Counted from the first letter of the stretch, positions 1 to 8,716 are shown. The stretch is 20,908 nt of DNA from Candidatus Nanohalobium sp. (GCA_042216335.1 JBDGTY010000012.1:1-20908), one strand, 5' to 3'. A program made the numbers and translations. The notes: generated by a model not told the origin, from the sequence alone.

Positions 1-2
1 AA

Positions 3-104
3 CACATGAACAAGGCCAAGATGAGGATGGCAGCAGGACTACTCATGATTGTCCTCGGATGGATCCTCCTACTCTTGGCTACGGGCATCGTGAGGTTCGG
101 ATAA
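3..104 (+). CDS. 3' end of a membrane protein, truncated by the window edge (possibly CcdA/GAP-like)
   Basis: Open frame ...HMNKAKMRMAAGLLMIVLGWILLLLATGIVRFG* ends 1 nt before the next ATG; one hydrophobic helix. The family guess is weak. Confidence 0.6.
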   Translation, partial: HMNKAKMRMAAGLLMIVLGWILLLLATGIVRFG

Positions 105-105
105 C

Positions 106-384
106 ATGAGAATAAAAGTTGCAAAGAGAAACGGGCTGAAGGAACCGCTTGACGAGGGAAAGCTCTGGGACTCGCTGTATCACCCTGCCAAGGAGGCGCA
201 TTACCCGGAGAAAGAGGCTGTGGAACTGGCGGATGAAGTGAAGCACTCGCTCATGGACTGGATGCATAGTCACGATGACAACGTGTTCACTACGAGAGAG
301 ATCGCGGAGCGAGCCGAAGAGTTACTTGAGGAAAGAGATGATCAAGTAGCTGTAATGTACAACAGGCATCTGGACATTAACTAA
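106..384 (+). CDS. Stand-alone ATP-cone domain protein
   Basis: N-terminal 'IKVAKRNGLKEPLDEGKL' and later 'TTREIAERAEELL' match the ATP-cone pattern. Confidence 0.7.
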   Translation: MRIKVAKRNGLKEPLDEGKLWDSLYHPAKEAHYPEKEAVELADEVKHSLMDWMHSHDDNVFTTREIAERAEELLEERDDQVAVMYNRHLDIN

Positions 385-584
385 GATTCTTCCCAGTATT
401 TTCTGTAGCTCAAAGCTAGAGCAATTAGTCCTACTGCCAGCATCACGATCGAAACGGCCAGTACAGGGTTTACTTGTTGAAAAAGTGCCTGTTCCTGAGC
501 ATGGTAGTCTTCGCTGTGGGCAGAGTGAGCAATCGCCGATGAGGTCAGTACCGCAAGGTTTGTCAAGAGGATTCTGTTTTTCAT
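381..584 (-). CDS. Small membrane protein (signal peptide plus C-terminal TM helix)
   Basis: 67 aa, two hydrophobic segments, His-containing linker; fills the gap between neighbouring genes. Confidence 0.55.
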   Translation of the reverse strand: MKNRILLTNLAVLTSSAIAHSAHSEDYHAQEQALFQQVNPVLAVSIVMLAVGLIALALSYRKYWEES

Positions 585-668
585 AACTTTTTCTTGGACG
601 GGGCGGTTTTAGTGTTACCGGGTGGAGAGGTTAACTGTTTAAGTCATGAGGCTCAGTAGTTGTGTATT

Positions 669-1469
669 ATGGTAGAATGTGATTTCTGTGATGAGGAGTT
701 CGAGGGTAAGGAAGACCTCCACATCCACTGGATGGAGGAGCATGAGGACGAGCTCAACTCCCATCAAGAGGAGAAAGCCAAGAAGGCGAAGAGAGAGCGC
801 GAGGAGCGCCAGAAAATCAGAAAGGAACAGAGGAAAAAATATATTTACTACGGGGTTGGCGGCGCAGTACTGCTTGCGATAGTCGGCGTTCTGGGAGTTC
901 AGATGATCCCAAGCGGAACCCCAACAACCAATGGAATCAGTATCGAAGGAGAGCCCATGATAGGCAATCCAGATGCTAACGTCACTGTCGTCGAGTTCGG
1001 TGACTTCCAGTGCCCTGCATGCAACAGGTTCGAGCAGGGAGCGTTCTCACGATTGAAGGAGAACTACATCGATACAGGAAAGATCAAGTTCTACTGGAAG
1101 GACTATCCTCTTGAACAGCTCCATCCATGGGCCCGGACAGCCGCAGAGACCATGGAGTGCGTCTACAGGCAGAACGAGACAGCATTCTGGAAAGTGAAGT
1201 CCACACTGTTTGACAACCAGGGAACCATCACGACAGGAAACGTCCAGGACAAGATCATCGGGTGGGCCGAGAACCAGGGAGTAAACGGTTCACAGGTCAG
1301 GTCCTGCCTCCAGAGCGGAACCCCTGGCGCCGAGGTAAGAGAGGATGAAAGACAGGGAGCAGCCGCGGGAGTAACGGGAACACCCTCCATCTACGTCAAC
1401 GGCAAGAAACTGGACAGCTTCGCCTACCCTGTGGTGAGACAGGCGATTGAGAAAGAACTCAAAAATTAA
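669..1469 (+). CDS. DsbA-family thiol-disulfide oxidoreductase with N-terminal C2H2 zinc finger and TM anchor
   Basis: CDFC...HIHWMEEH zinc finger, TM helix, 'EFGDFQCPAC' CxxC active site, 'GVTGTPSIYVNG' cis-Pro loop; ATG at 669. Confidence 0.9.
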   Translation: MVECDFCDEEFEGKEDLHIHWMEEHEDELNSHQEEKAKKAKREREERQKIRKEQRKKYIYYGVGGAVLLAIVGVLGVQMIPSGTPTTNGISIEGEPMIGNPDANVTVVEFGDFQCPACNRFEQGAFSRLKENYIDTGKIKFYWKDYPLEQLHPWARTAAETMECVYRQNETAFWKVKSTLFDNQGTITTGNVQDKIIGWAENQGVNGSQVRSCLQSGTPGAEVREDERQGAAAGVTGTPSIYVNGKKLDSFAYPVVRQAIEKELKN

Positions 1470-1492
1470 AAACCCCTCATCTCTCTTTCTTT

Positions 1493-1681
1493 CTACGTTT
1501 TCTCTTTCATTTCTTTCAGGCCGAAAGTAGTTAGTGTCGCAGCCATCAGCGCCGGAAAGACTTCCCACAGCCGGTAGGCCGAAACCTGGCTCTCAGGCAA
1601 GAGATAGATCAGGGAGATGACTGCAGCTGTCAGGAAGACCTCAAATATTACAGCATATCTCAGTTTGTCATCTAGTTTCAT
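1493..1681 (-). CDS. Small two-TM hypothetical protein
   Basis: 62 aa with two hydrophobic helices; starts 4 nt after the antiporter stop. Confidence 0.6.
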   Translation of the reverse strand: MKLDDKLRYAVIFEVFLTAAVISLIYLLPESQVSAYRLWEVFPALMAATLTTFGLKEMKEKT

Positions 1682-1685
1682 GTCT

Positions 1686-2927
1686 TTATCCCCCTATAAA
1701 GTCGTACTTGAAGTATCTGAACCGGACGTACAGGTAGACGAAGTAAAGCACCACCAAGAGACCGGCGCCGGCGATCGATATCACACGGTTCTCCATGGCC
1801 TCGAAGCGCTCCGCCAGTCCTTCAAAACCTGCCATTCTCGCCCACTTGCCGAGGAAGTCTCCGATCGCGTCCTTGGAGAACATGTATGTAAGCAGAACTC
1901 CAGCAGTGATAGTCTCCATCGGCAGATCCCAGAGCACCAGCGGCCCGGGAACAGCGTACGTGGAGAGCGTCGAGCCCAGACCTATCGCCAGCAATGGATT
2001 GGTGATGTTACTGCCGACCAGCGTTCCGAGTGAGATCCCCTCACTGCCCTGTCTGAGGCCGGAAATCGCAGTGATCATCTCGGGGAAGGCCGAGACAACC
2101 CCTACGGACGCGACCCCTATCATCGAGCCGGAAAGACCTGTCTGAGCTATCAACACCTCGACGACATCGAGAAATATCTCAGCCGAGCCGATGACAAAGA
2201 ACATCGCAAGTATACCAATAGCAAAGTCCATCCTCGGCCTCCGAGATGCTTCTCCGTCGCCTTGCTCCGCCAGTTCCTCCTTCCTGGTGGTGTAGAGATA
2301 GTAGATGTATGCAACAAAGCTTCCTACCAGGACGAGGCCGTCAAGCCGGGTCAACGTGCCTCCAGCGGCAAGCTGGGCGCCTCCCGTCAGGAAGTTGACG
2401 ATGTTCTGCCAGTTCAACGCCAGTATCAATGTCATCAGAGTAGTGCCCATCATCGGGGCGTAGTCCCGGATCAGGAATTTTCTGGAGAAATTGAAGCTGT
2501 GTCTGTCAGCCAGAAGCGCAGAAAAAACTATAACCAGTCCAAGCACCAGAGTCTGCTGCACTACATCACTACCTATGTTGGAGCCGAGGACAGTGGCCGA
2601 GGTATTCTGGAAAGACGTGACTGCCTCTGGAGTCAGCACTACACCAAAACTATCGAGCAAAAACGAGAGTGGCTGGCCCAACATATAAGATAGAACGTTT
2701 ACATCGGACAGGAGTATGTCGAAAGAACCTACGATATGCAGTGAGAGCTCAGGCAGGGAAGTGCCGATAGATACTATCGTCATGGCTATGACTACTTCAG
2801 AGACACCGTAGTACTTGGCTACGCCCTGCATCTTGGATACGACGACCTCTGCGGAGTAGACGAGGACCAGTATCGATGCCAGGCCTATCAACCCTACCGG
2901 CAGCATAGCTGAGAATCCAAGTACCAC
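1686..2927 (-). CDS. Na+/Ca2+ (CaCA family, YrbG-like) antiporter
   Basis: Two alpha repeats: 'SIGTSLPEL...LGSNI' and 'VVSAFPEM...LVGSNITN'; many TM helices. Confidence 0.9.
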   Translation of the reverse strand: MVLGFSAMLPVGLIGLASILVLVYSAEVVVSKMQGVAKYYGVSEVVIAMTIVSIGTSLPELSLHIVGSFDILLSDVNVLSYMLGQPLSFLLDSFGVVLTPEAVTSFQNTSATVLGSNIGSDVVQQTLVLGLVIVFSALLADRHSFNFSRKFLIRDYAPMMGTTLMTLILALNWQNIVNFLTGGAQLAAGGTLTRLDGLVLVGSFVAYIYYLYTTRKEELAEQGDGEASRRPRMDFAIGILAMFFVIGSAEIFLDVVEVLIAQTGLSGSMIGVASVGVVSAFPEMITAISGLRQGSEGISLGTLVGSNITNPLLAIGLGSTLSTYAVPGPLVLWDLPMETITAGVLLTYMFSKDAIGDFLGKWARMAGFEGLAERFEAMENRVISIAGAGLLVVLYFVYLYVRFRYFKYDFIGG

Positions 2928-2962
2928 GGAAAGAGTTTAGGCAACGCAGGCTTTTATTTCAC

Positions 2963-5359
2963 CTAGTTAAACCTTCCTAGCCCACTCTGCTTGCCCTTCC
3001 CCAGCAACTGGCCTTCAGTATATCCGAAAACCTTGAGAACGCGGAGTGAAACCGGGATAATCTGGTTCTCGATGTAGTAATCCGGATCGTAATCCTCAGC
3101 GTACTTCAGAAGCTCGGCACGTGAAGAAATATTGCCAGAGCCTCTTCCGATCACATAGGCCACGGTCTTCTCCGGCTCAATCTCATCACCACGCTCCTCC
3201 GCCCTCTTCACCGCCTCGACGTGCGGCGCAGTCGAATCATACTCCTCAGGCGGCTTCGTCAACGTACTGTAAATCCTCAGCTTCTCCAGGGGCACCTCGC
3301 CCTCCTTCACCCTCTCTATAGTCTCCTTAACCAGCTCAGCAGCCTCATCAACCTCCTCATTCAGAACCTTCTCCAGTACCTTTTCCTGAGTCTCCTTCGC
3401 GATAGGGCTCCAGTCACGCCTCACCTGCTCAAAGCCCGTTATCTTCATGGAGCCATCCTCAGAAAGGAGAGCATACTTCTTCTTCGCACCCTCACCCGAA
3501 TCAGTAGAGGTGAAGAAACCTCTCTTGAAGAAGCCCTCGAACTCCAGTTCCATAAACCCTGGAAGTTCGGAGTTTACATCGTCAAGAAATCCATCGATAT
3601 CCTCCTGGATGTTCTCCTTACTGAGGAAGACAGAGTCAGTATCGCCGTACACGATCTCAAAGCCTTTCTCTTCGGCCTTCTCGATAGTGTCCTGGATGTA
3701 CTTCCTTCCAAGATACGTCGTGGCCTCCGCAGACTCTCTGGAATACCATCTAGCTCCGTTGTAGCCAAGATAGCCGTAGAAGCTATTAGCAAGTATTTTT
3801 TCAGCCTCCTGACGGTTGTAAATCGAATTATACTCTTTGCTGCCTTCTTCATAGTCGTCAAGCTTCGACTTCAGCTCGTAACGCTCCTCCACCAGTTCTT
3901 CCACCAGTTCAGGGAAGAATCCCTGGAAGTCCTGGCAGAAGCCGTAGTCGAACTCTTCCAGCTCGAAGACGTCATTACAGCCTTCAACGTCCAGTGTATC
4001 CGGCGAGATGTTGTGGGAAACCATCACCGTAGGGTAGAGGCTGCGGAAGTCCAGGACCACTATGTCCTCTTCCAGGCCTGCCTCGGGCTCATAGACGAAC
4101 CCTCCAGAGTAGGCGCCCTGGTTCTGCCTCTTTCTTCTCTCGCTTCGGGTCGGCCTGTTCGGCGAGATCATGTCTCTCTCGTAGGCCTCTCTTAACAGGT
4201 AGTTTTCCGTTAGCTGGCCGTAGGTCAGTCTGCAGGTGTCGAAGGGTACGAGGCCGGTTATCCTTGAGAGTTCCAGCATCTGTGGGATTATCTCCTGGGC
4301 CAGCCTGTAGGCGAGTTCAGAGTCCTTCAGTGCGTAGTCCGCGAATTTCTCCAGATCCTCTTTCTTCTCCCACGCTGCCTTCATCTCTTCCCAGTCCATG
4401 TCATCTTTCTCCTCCCCCAGCAGCTCCTGAGCCACCGAGTCCAGGTCGAGCGTCTCGGAGTCGATTCCCGGCGCCAGGATATGCTCGATAAACGGATATA
4501 GATCTAAGTGCATCCTGCCCTTCAAACAGGCGCCTGAGAAACGGCCTCTCCGCCTGAACTTCATCTTCTCGCCGTCACGACCAAGCGACAGCTCGATACT
4601 GTGTTCTTCACACCGCTCCCTCAATCTCTGGAAGTCGTATTCGTCAGTGTTGTAGCCAGTCAGTACGTCGACGTTTCTTCCCTGTATTATTTCGATGAAT
4701 CTTTCCAGAAGCTTTCTCTCGTCCTTGACCACCTCGACAAACTCCCTGTCTACTTCCTCAGTTGTCAGGAGTTTCTTGAAGTCTTCGGAGACGAATGAGG
4801 CCATTATTATCTCGCCCTCGTAGACCTCGAGGTCGAATGCCAGTTCCTCGTAGTCTACCTCAGATTCCCCGGCCTTTTCTATTTCATCTATCTCCATCTT
4901 CAGGTCCTCTTCCACACTTTCTTCCTCTTCTCCCCGTATCTCGATGGTTTTCACTGGTCTGATGTGGTTGTCGATGAGGTATCTCTTGTAGAATGGTATG
5001 TCGTATTCGCGGCATTCGGAGGTTTCAGGCATGTCGTAGACCTGTTTCTCTATCTTCGGAACGTTTGGCGGGACAGTAGTGAAGATCTTGAGCGCCTCTA
5101 CTTCCTCGTTCCCATCCTTCCTCTCCACCTTTTCGATATCCGTTACCGGCAGTTCCTCGCCGTCCTTGATGAAGCCCTCACTCTCTATGGCTTCCCTGAG
5201 TTCCTCCAGGTCTTCGCCTATCGCGTAGAAGTAGGGTCTGAAGCCCCTGTCGACCGCCAGCAGATCGTCTCCCTCCGGGGTTTTGCAGAAGAGCCTGACC
5301 TCTGGTGTTTCTCCTTCTATGGTGTAGTCGGCGTCGATGACCTGGGCTTTCTTTTTCAC
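2963..5359 (-). CDS. polB: Family B DNA polymerase, no intein
   Basis: Exo motifs FDLE, GYNTDEYDF, YALKD; polymerase motifs DFRSLYP, KILANSFYGY, YGDTDS; C-terminal YYIENQ. Confidence 0.97.
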   Translation of the reverse strand: MKKKAQVIDADYTIEGETPEVRLFCKTPEGDDLLAVDRGFRPYFYAIGEDLEELREAIESEGFIKDGEELPVTDIEKVERKDGNEEVEALKIFTTVPPNVPKIEKQVYDMPETSECREYDIPFYKRYLIDNHIRPVKTIEIRGEEEESVEEDLKMEIDEIEKAGESEVDYEELAFDLEVYEGEIIMASFVSEDFKKLLTTEEVDREFVEVVKDERKLLERFIEIIQGRNVDVLTGYNTDEYDFQRLRERCEEHSIELSLGRDGEKMKFRRRGRFSGACLKGRMHLDLYPFIEHILAPGIDSETLDLDSVAQELLGEEKDDMDWEEMKAAWEKKEDLEKFADYALKDSELAYRLAQEIIPQMLELSRITGLVPFDTCRLTYGQLTENYLLREAYERDMISPNRPTRSERRKRQNQGAYSGGFVYEPEAGLEEDIVVLDFRSLYPTVMVSHNISPDTLDVEGCNDVFELEEFDYGFCQDFQGFFPELVEELVEERYELKSKLDDYEEGSKEYNSIYNRQEAEKILANSFYGYLGYNGARWYSRESAEATTYLGRKYIQDTIEKAEEKGFEIVYGDTDSVFLSKENIQEDIDGFLDDVNSELPGFMELEFEGFFKRGFFTSTDSGEGAKKKYALLSEDGSMKITGFEQVRRDWSPIAKETQEKVLEKVLNEEVDEAAELVKETIERVKEGEVPLEKLRIYSTLTKPPEEYDSTAPHVEAVKRAEERGDEIEPEKTVAYVIGRGSGNISSRAELLKYAEDYDPDYYIENQIIPVSLRVLKVFGYTEGQLLGKGKQSGLGRFN

Positions 5360-5573
5360 ATCCAGGAATTGGTTCTGAAAGTTTTTGAGTCAGGGTGTCG
5401 GCGGATTTAGAACCGGCGAGTTGTGTGGAGATCAATCCATATTTCTTTCCGCGTTTTTTACCGGTTTGATAACCTGATTGGCATCCGGAGCTGTCCAAAC
5501 GTTTTTATAGGAGTCCGGACCAATGGTTTGTTATAGAAAGCGTTAAGCTTATTCCACGGAGGTGACAATCACA

Positions 5574-5774
5574 ATGGCAGAATTACCACTCGCACCTGTA
5601 AAGCGTATCATCAAACAGTCAGGAGCATCCAGAGTATCAGAGGATGCAGTCAGAGAACTGAGAGATGAGCTGGAGAGACATGCAAAGGAAAGAGCAAGAG
5701 AGTCCAAACAGCTCGCAGAACACGCTGACAGAAAGACAGTACAGGCAGGCGACGTCAGAACATCCCGCGAATAA
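5574..5774 (+). CDS. Archaeal histone (HMf-like)
   Basis: MAELPLAPVKRIIK...RVSEDA...HADRKTVQAGDV histone-fold signature; GGAGGTGA RBS upstream of ATG 5574. Confidence 0.95.
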   Translation: MAELPLAPVKRIIKQSGASRVSEDAVRELRDELERHAKERARESKQLAEHADRKTVQAGDVRTSRE

Positions 5775-5836
5775 TTCGCCGGGACCAATTTTTAACTCCT
5801 TCTTTTCCACTATTTCTTTACACAAGTGAATGCTTC

Positions 5837-6586
5837 TTGAGGATAGAAAACAGCTTCATAATGGCCCCAGGAATCGGAGAGAAAACCGAGAAAAAACTCT
5901 GGAAACAGGGCTACACGCACTGGGAAGACGTGGAAGACGGCAACCCCAGCGTCAGAAACAGGGAAAAAGTCGAAAACTTCATAGAAAAGGCCAGGAAAAA
6001 CCTGGAAGTCGGAAACGAAAAATTCTTCGGCACTAAGCTACCGAATAAAAGTTTGTGGCGAAGCTACCGGAACTTCGAGGACTCTGTCTGCTTCTTCGAC
6101 ATAGAAACCACCGGACTCGACAAGGACAGGAACAAGGTCACCACCATCGCGATCCATAGAGGCGGAGAAACCAAGACGTTCGTCAGAGGAGAAAACCTGA
6201 CTAGGGAGAACCTTCAGGAGGAGCTGTTCAACTCCTCGCTGCTCGTATCGTTCAACGGGAAGCGTTTCGACCATCCCTTCCTGGAACACAACTTCGACCT
6301 GGACATCGACAACCCGCACATCGACCTGATGTACATGTTCAAAAGACTGGGCTACTCCGGCGGATTGAAGAAGATCGAGAAAGACCTCGGAGTTGAAAGA
6401 GAGCTGGAGGATCTGGACGGAAGAGAGGCAGTCAAGCTATGGAAGAAGTACGAGAAAACAGGGAACCGTGAACACCTCGACAAGCTACTGAAGTACAACA
6501 GGTACGACACCGAGAACCTGAAAGAGCTGCTTGAGATAGCGCATGAAAGGCTGAGAGCAGAAGTTTTCGAGCCACATCTGGATTGA
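5837..6586 (+). CDS. YprB-like RNase H-fold (DEDD) exonuclease with N-terminal HhH-like segment
   Basis: 'PGIGEKTEKKLW', 'FFDIETTGL', 'SFNGKRFD', 'HIDL', 'GGLKKIE', 'YNRYD'. Confidence 0.88.
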   Translation: MRIENSFIMAPGIGEKTEKKLWKQGYTHWEDVEDGNPSVRNREKVENFIEKARKNLEVGNEKFFGTKLPNKSLWRSYRNFEDSVCFFDIETTGLDKDRNKVTTIAIHRGGETKTFVRGENLTRENLQEELFNSSLLVSFNGKRFDHPFLEHNFDLDIDNPHIDLMYMFKRLGYSGGLKKIEKDLGVERELEDLDGREAVKLWKKYEKTGNREHLDKLLKYNRYDTENLKELLEIAHERLRAEVFEPHLD

Positions 6587-6590
6587 GCGG

Positions 6591-6602
6591 AAAGTTTTTA
6601 AG
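6591..6602 (+). promoter_or_regulatory. Putative BRE/TATA box for the downstream RNA
   Basis: AAAG-TTTTTAAG directly after the exonuclease stop, about 25 nt upstream of the predicted RNA 5' end near 6621. Confidence 0.55.
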
Positions 6603-6620
6603 TGTAGTTCGTCAATACTG

Positions 6621-7135
6621 GCCTGAAGGAAAATGGCCTTGGTGCATGATACTGACTTCACTGGAAACATGTGGATGGCTCCGGTGAACTGCACCTATAA
6701 ACACAGGGCCAGGGCCAAATTCTCCACTATTAACTATCTGGCAGAGTAAAGCGGGATGAAGCCTTGACCTGTAGACCAGGTTAGTGGCTGACCGTGAAAA
6801 TACAAAACTTCTGGTGTGAAGCCACAGTTTCTCTGCCTCTGCAAGACACAGACAGAGTTCGTAGCTCTGTTATCGGAGGACTGTTCGGCTTCCGGGAGCA
6901 GGCTTTGCTTGAAGAGGTGAAGCCTGTTCCACGGAAATATTCTAACTCACAAAATTCAAACACAGTTTGAAAGACTTGGAAACAGGGTGAAACCTAATCA
7001 TGGATGCTAACACGCGACACTTCGAAGCCGAGTTGGAAGCACAGCACGAAGAACCGGTACAGGAAGCACGTGAGATTCACGCGGAAGCAGAAGTCGTCCC
7101 GGCAACAGCTCTTTAGATCAGCGCCGATTCCAGGC
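6621..7135 (+). ncRNA. Unassigned large structured RNA (~515 nt) with a kink-turn and an embedded short ORF
   Basis: Helices 6641-46/6690-95, 6657-65/6680-88, 6740-46/6831-37, 6851-57/6865-71, a 21-bp hairpin 6890-6936 with several G-U pairs, and 6955-61/6965-71; K-turn at 6751-63/6786-95; terminal GCCUG (6621-25)/CAGGC (7131-35). Confidence 0.7.
7000..7116 (+). CDS. 38-aa acidic peptide MDANTRHFEAELEAQHEEPVQEAREIHAEAEVVPATAL (absent from the ORF track)
   Basis: GGTGA RBS at ~6986-6990, ATG 7000, TAG 7114-16; Glu-rich like the host proteome. Confidence 0.6.
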   Translation: MDANTRHFEAELEAQHEEPVQEAREIHAEAEVVPATAL

Positions 7136-7161
7136 AAATAATAGTATGCTCCGGAGCAATT

Positions 7162-7644
7162 CTAGTTGTCCTGGAACGCTGCTGACTCAAAAGCTGCCCA
7201 GCCGTTGGCCATAGAGTCAAGTATCGATGTGAATGATCGAGCGGGTTTTATAACTTTTCTGCGGCCTTTAGAGCCTTCTCTCTCGCCGCGGTACTCCAGG
7301 TACTCGTACTTGATGACGCCCAGACGCCTCAGTTTGGGCAAAATGTTGTTCTTCAGGTTGGATTTTCCCTTTTCGTGGCCCCATTCATCGAAACTGTTCA
7401 GCTTCTCTGAATCTATCTCACCCTCGTCTTTCAGTTCTCTGAGGAATATCTTGGCGTACTTGTTCCTCTTTGGGCTCTGCTCCTCCGGGAAGAACAGGTC
7501 GACCATCTTCTCCCAGTTCCAGGCCCTGTCGCTCTTCCTGAACTTTTGCTCATCGAGAGGCAATGCCATGGAGTGTTTGGTGACGATGGTAGAGGTCTTC
7601 CGTGCGGTTTCGTCGACGAAAGGGTGTTCTTCGTCTTCTGTCAT
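7162..7644 (-). CDS. Hypothetical protein, possibly winged-helix
   Basis: 160-aa ORF with host-like composition; 'NNILPKLRRLGVIKYE' resembles a recognition helix plus wing. Confidence 0.7.
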   Translation of the reverse strand: MTEDEEHPFVDETARKTSTIVTKHSMALPLDEQKFRKSDRAWNWEKMVDLFFPEEQSPKRNKYAKIFLRELKDEGEIDSEKLNSFDEWGHEKGKSNLKNNILPKLRRLGVIKYEYLEYRGEREGSKGRRKVIKPARSFTSILDSMANGWAAFESAAFQDN

Positions 7645-7717
7645 ACCTTCTTTATTGTGTCTCCCGGTTTTTGAATCGACCGGTGAGTGTAAAAACCATC
7701 GAACCTATTTCCTGTGT

Positions 7718-8128
7718 ATGAGTAAAGGTGTGACTCCTGTTGTTGCCACGGTGCTTCTGATCTTCATCACTATCGGTGCGGCCGGGACGCTGTACACGAT
7801 GGTCGAGCAGAACATAGACCAGGGGAAGAAAGCGGCTCAGGATATCTCCCTGAAGGTCAGTGAGCTCAGAGTGGAGTCATGCTACCACAGATCAGGCAGA
7901 ACCAACATGGTCATAAGGAACGGCGGGGACAAGGCGATCAACGCATCAAAGATGAACCTTCTCCTGAACGGCAGCCTGGTTCCGAAATCCGAGTACAGCG
8001 TGGAGAACCCTATAGTCAACCAGGGCAACACCTTCACAGTCAACATGACAAAGTTCGGCAGGAAGACCAGTATAGAGCTGACAAACGGTCGGAACTCGCT
8101 TGAGCACGTCTGCATCTCCCTGGACTAG
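7718..8128 (+). CDS. Archaeal type IV pilin/archaellin-like protein
   Basis: Class III signal peptide MSK-G|VTPVVATVLLIFITIGAAG; real start is ATG 7718, not 7166. Confidence 0.88.
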   Translation: MSKGVTPVVATVLLIFITIGAAGTLYTMVEQNIDQGKKAAQDISLKVSELRVESCYHRSGRTNMVIRNGGDKAINASKMNLLLNGSLVPKSEYSVENPIVNQGNTFTVNMTKFGRKTSIELTNGRNSLEHVCISLD

Positions 8129-8168
8129 ACAACTCAGTAACTTAAGCTTTCAACATCCCTCACCTAGT

Positions 8169-8663
8169 ATGTACGACGAACTCTCCCGTGAACAGCTCGA
8201 GGAAGCCCTGAAGCAGATGGAAGAGGAAAAAGAAAGACTCGAGGAAGAAAAGGAAGAATGGGAGTCCAAGGCGAAGAAGGTCAAGGCCGACTTCGAGAAC
8301 TACAAAAAGAACCAGGACGAACGGAAACAGAAGTGGCAGCGCCGTGCAGAGGAAAATTTGGCCGAGGACATGATAGAGGTGCTTGACAACCTGGAAAGGG
8401 CGATACTTTCTGCCGACGAAGAGAACTCCGTGGTCAAAGGAGTCAAGATGGTCGCCGACCAGCTCTACGAGGAACTCGAAAAGAGAGGCCTAGAAAAGAT
8501 CGATGCGGAGGGAGAGGAGTTCGACCCAAGGCTCCACAGGGCCGTAGACACACGGGAACACGAAGAAGAGGACAAAGTGCTGGAACAGAAGCGGAAGGGC
8601 TACATGTTCGACGACAAGGTCCTGAGAGAGGCAGAAGTAGTAGTCAGCGAGAAAAACGACTGA
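8169..8663 (+). CDS. grpE: Nucleotide exchange factor GrpE
   Basis: 'ADFENYKK', 'VLDNLERA', 'FDPRLHRAV', 'KGYMFDDKVLREAEVVV'; next to dnaK. Confidence 0.95.
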   Translation: MYDELSREQLEEALKQMEEEKERLEEEKEEWESKAKKVKADFENYKKNQDERKQKWQRRAEENLAEDMIEVLDNLERAILSADEENSVVKGVKMVADQLYEELEKRGLEKIDAEGEEFDPRLHRAVDTREHEEEDKVLEQKRKGYMFDDKVLREAEVVVSEKND

Positions 8664-8716
8664 ACAGGGAAACCCTCTACTAACAGTTAAATTCCGGGAG
8701 CTCGAACCTTTCCAAC

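Noticed and set aside
3221-4195. 324-aa + strand ORF
   Set aside because: Antisense shadow of polB; Leu-rich composition is expected from the reverse complement of Glu-rich codons.
2963-5774. polB divergent from the histone gene as a novel system, or an intein in polB
   Set aside because: Ordinary housekeeping genes; polB has normal length and contiguous motifs.
6781-6963. 60-aa - strand ORF in the structured region
   Set aside because: No RBS and non-host composition; the region is better explained by + strand RNA helices.
6621-7135. Firm call as canonical tmRNA, RNase P RNA, SRP RNA or self-splicing intron
   Set aside because: Diagnostic motifs (Ala acceptor with G3-U70 and T-arm; GAGGAAAGUCC with its CR-V partner; SRP helix-8 with GNRA loop; group I R/S or group II domain V) were not found by eye; kept only as hypotheses.
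7166-7717. 184-aa N-terminal extension of the pilin ORF
   Set aside because: Antisense to 7162-7644; the class III signal peptide fixes the start at 7718.
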